Program-made: the position numbers and the translations under genes
The notes under the pieces: model-generated
Databases searched by the model: none
What the model was told of the DNA's origin: nothing
What the model saw: the letters and a program-made list of their open reading frames with translations, nothing else
Shown: positions 61,350 to 64,000 of the stretch, in pieces
Layout of the letters: every line of letters starts with the position of its first letter
Numbering within the stretch: the stretch's first letter is position 1
From: Sphyrna mokarran
Lineage: Eukaryota
NCBI GenBank assembly: GCA_024679065.1
Contig: JAGIQG010000007.1
Coordinates: 123,876,001 to 123,940,000, forward strand
Direction of reading: 5' to 3'
Length of the DNA: 64,000 bases

Positions 61350-62321
61350 CGTGACAAAACAAGATTGATACCACCACTGGCACTTAAATTACATAATTCT
61401 GCAGTGACTCTGGCACCTTTGGCACTTAGAAGCAGTGGTCAGTGATACCCATTCTACTTGGAGAATATAGATCTCAGGCTGATTGTTCGTCCATTCTGAC
61501 GAATGCAAATTATTTCCTCAAATGAAGAATTTAAAAACATACCTGACTTAATTTTGCTCTCCTATTCAAGGCAAAATCTTCTCTTTAGTAGTTTTTCAAA
61601 ATGCTTAATGTTCTGTTTTCATATTCTGAGATATATTACCAAAATATTTTTATCTCCATGACTTTCCCAATTGCAGTAAAAAATCAGCATATGTCTCCAT
61701 CTCATGACAGGGATCCTTTTGGTAAGGTGTGTGAAAAAATCCTTTTTCTTTTCAAAGTTTGCTATACCTTCATTCTACTTTGTAATTATATAGGGGCTGG
61801 CCAAGGCCTAACTGAAGCCAATTATTAACCATTTAAGGACGTATACCTCCAACTGTGAACCTGAAGGGAGGAGTTCGGGAGTTGGGAAAAAAACTGTCAG
61901 GTGACCTACTCAGCCTACAGGGCAGTGTGCCATGAGAAATCTCTCATGGTCTCCTTTCCATATTGTGTTACTCTCCCCAAGATCTGTCCCTATGTGCACT
62001 CTTTTCCTCCAAAGCTCTCCATCAAGACATCCACCCCAACAACTACACCAAAGCTCACCCTCCCCTCTTCAGTATTTGGTCCTGGTCTCTCAGACTTAGA
62101 ATCTGGAGACTGCTTGCAGTCTCAGTCCTGGTCACTGATCCTGCTGATGTTGCTGGGACTACAGAGCTTCTGGCTAATCAGATTAGTCAACAGCTGTCTG
62201 TGTCAGACTTTCCTGATGACTGAGGGACAGAAGTCCATCTTCAGCCAATTGATACCTGTTGGACAGTCAGTTGGCTGCAGGGAAGTTGGTAAACTCGTCC
62301 CCACACAATCTGGTAACTGAT

Positions 62322-62933
62322 CTCTATGCTTGATTGATTAAGCCTGGGTGTTGACTCAGAGTAAAAGTATATCGAAAAACTGCTAGAAGCTGATTTAAGA
62401 TAAGCATGAATACAGATACGTGGTGATTGCAGAGATATTTTAAATGACTGTAAATAAATCCTTTGCACACTTATAGAAACCTTTGTTTTCTAAATGTCAC
62501 TCTCACAAAAATCAAAAATATAAAATATACAACAAACAAGCAAAAGTCGATGAAATTGAAAGTTATCTCCAGTATTTCAGGAGAGAATAAAAGCACTCAA
62601 CTTATGTTCTTGTCAGGACAGAAGTCCTGCGAACTTGTTAAACCTGAAGCCAGATTTCAATTGTGGATAAATTTTCTGAAGGTAAATACAAAATTATATA
62701 AAATGTCAAAAAATAAATGAAAACAAAATGCTAATAATGAAATTAAACTGACATAAAAATAGAATTCTTGTGCGACTAAATCTTTACTCCATCGATGTCA
62801 ATTCAGTATGGGAATGGTTGTGTACAAAATTCTGCAAAAATAATAATAGAACTAAAAGTATACATGTGCCTTCTTTAAAAATTGAAATCTTTACTTTTGT
62901 TCTGAGTCAGCACCCAGTCAATCAAGCATAGTG
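62322..62933. mobile_element. Non-autonomous DNA transposon (MITE) with ~42/48-bp TIRs beginning CACTATG
   Basis: Left ctctatgcttgattga[ttaagc]ctgggtgttgactcagagtaaaagta; right (reverse complement) cactatgcttgattgactgggtgctgactcagaacaaaagta; AT-rich non-coding interior. Confidence 0.8.
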
Positions 62934-63339
62934 AATATGGATCAGCTAACAAACTAATGTAACAAAATGAAACAAACCACTGAACTAACTCAGAGTGGGT
63001 TGTCAGTTCTCTTGTATAACCTGATCAATTTTAACCCCAAGAATCATATATTATAATACCTCGGTTCTCTTTTTCTTCAGCAGACTTTGTTCAACCCTAA
63101 CAAAATAAAATTTCAACCATGTAAATTATCGGGACCTATTAGATGAAACTGGCTAAAATCTCTATTCCAAATTCATGATATCAGATGTAAATTTTCCAGT
63201 CCCAACTGCCGTAGGAATCATTACAAATGGGATAAATGTTTTAATGAATCATTTAAAAGTCGGTTGACCTCAGGTGAAAATTTCAAGTCTCAAGGTGACG
63301 TAAGTGGAAAAAAGCTCACCTATTTTGCCAAATGAACGG

Positions 63340-63652
63340 AGAGAGTGCTGAATTACTGGGGGTACTCATCTTTAGAGGTATTATTACACCAAGGACCAGT
63401 CTGCCCCCGCGGGTGGTTTTCGAGAATCCTATGATATTAATTGAAGCAGAACATGGGAATTGGTATCGTGGTCAGTATTTACCCTTCAACTGACATCACT
63501 GGAGCTGGTTATCTGATTGTTATCAATTAGCTTGTTTTTGTGTGAATTGATAGCTGTGTCTCCCACATTACAACAAAAACACTTAGTTACTTCTAAACTG
63601 CTTCGTGTTGCCCTGTGGTCATGAAAGATGCTAGATAAATGCAAGTCTTTCT
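63340..63652 (+). mobile_element. SacSINE1-like Deu-SINE (3' two-thirds)
   Basis: ggtcagtatttacccttcaactgacatcact...ttatctg...cattacaaca...gtcatgaaagatgctagataaatgcaagtctttc. Confidence 0.7.
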
Positions 63653-64000
63653 GTTTATAAACAGCTTACCACTGCTACTTGAATCCTTCAGGTATGTCAC
63701 TGCCTAATCATGAGCCCTAAATGAGCAGAGACGGATTTTATCTTGTATTGTGTTATTGTATTTCGTGCTGAACACAGTTCCGGTTCTCAAGTAACTAATC
63801 CTGACTTAGAAACGGATTCTCATATTCACATGGTCTGAATTACAGCTGAATGAGCACTAATCCACTCCAATGTCCCGTATTCTACAAATGCAATTTGAAT
63901 TTTAAAGTTTATCCCCTCAGGACATTAAAAGTCTTGCATGTTCGATGCTCGAGTCTGCTGGTGCATGGACACATAGGTCCTGTTCTTCGATTATAGCCCT

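Noticed and set aside
62892-62933. Genuine V(D)J recombination signal sequence
   Set aside because: Spacer is 26 nt rather than 12 or 23, it is one arm of an inverted pair, and no V, D or J coding segment is adjacent.
1-64000. CRISPR array, operon or other prokaryotic system
   Set aside because: No regularly spaced repeats and no gene-dense coding; the sequence is vertebrate repeat-rich DNA.

Overview
Eukaryotic, AT-rich, repeat-dense, essentially non-coding DNA, most likely intronic or intergenic sequence from a cartilaginous fish (shark/ray). The organism is inferred from the repeat repertoire: HE1-type V-SINEs, SacSINE1-like Deu-SINEs, and many CR1 fragments. I found no intact protein-coding gene. 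Nearly all ORFs in the supplied track are chance ORFs or pieces of decayed transposable elements: CR1, another CR1/L2-group LINE, L2, Rex1/Babar, RTE, Penelope (RT + GIY-YIG), Gypsy pol with a 3' LTR, a PIF/Harbinger transposase, and many MITEs. There is one 159-nt assembly gap. Most notable observations: (1) a ~345-bp minus-strand insert with a U1 snRNA-derived head, an internal U2 snRNA 5' fragment and an A-rich tail, resembling the SINEU class known from crocodilians; (2) a ~610-bp MITE with CACTATG-initiated, length-asymmetric TIRs reminiscent of Transib/ProtoRAG/RSS ends; (3) Penelope-derived hammerhead ribozyme motifs, one with an 11-bp duplication inside a solo LTR; (4) a 630-bp segment flanked by 38-bp direct repeats; (5) two weak minus-strand exon candidates. 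Family names come from remembered consensus motifs, not database searches. Boundaries of old repeats are approximate (tens of bp).
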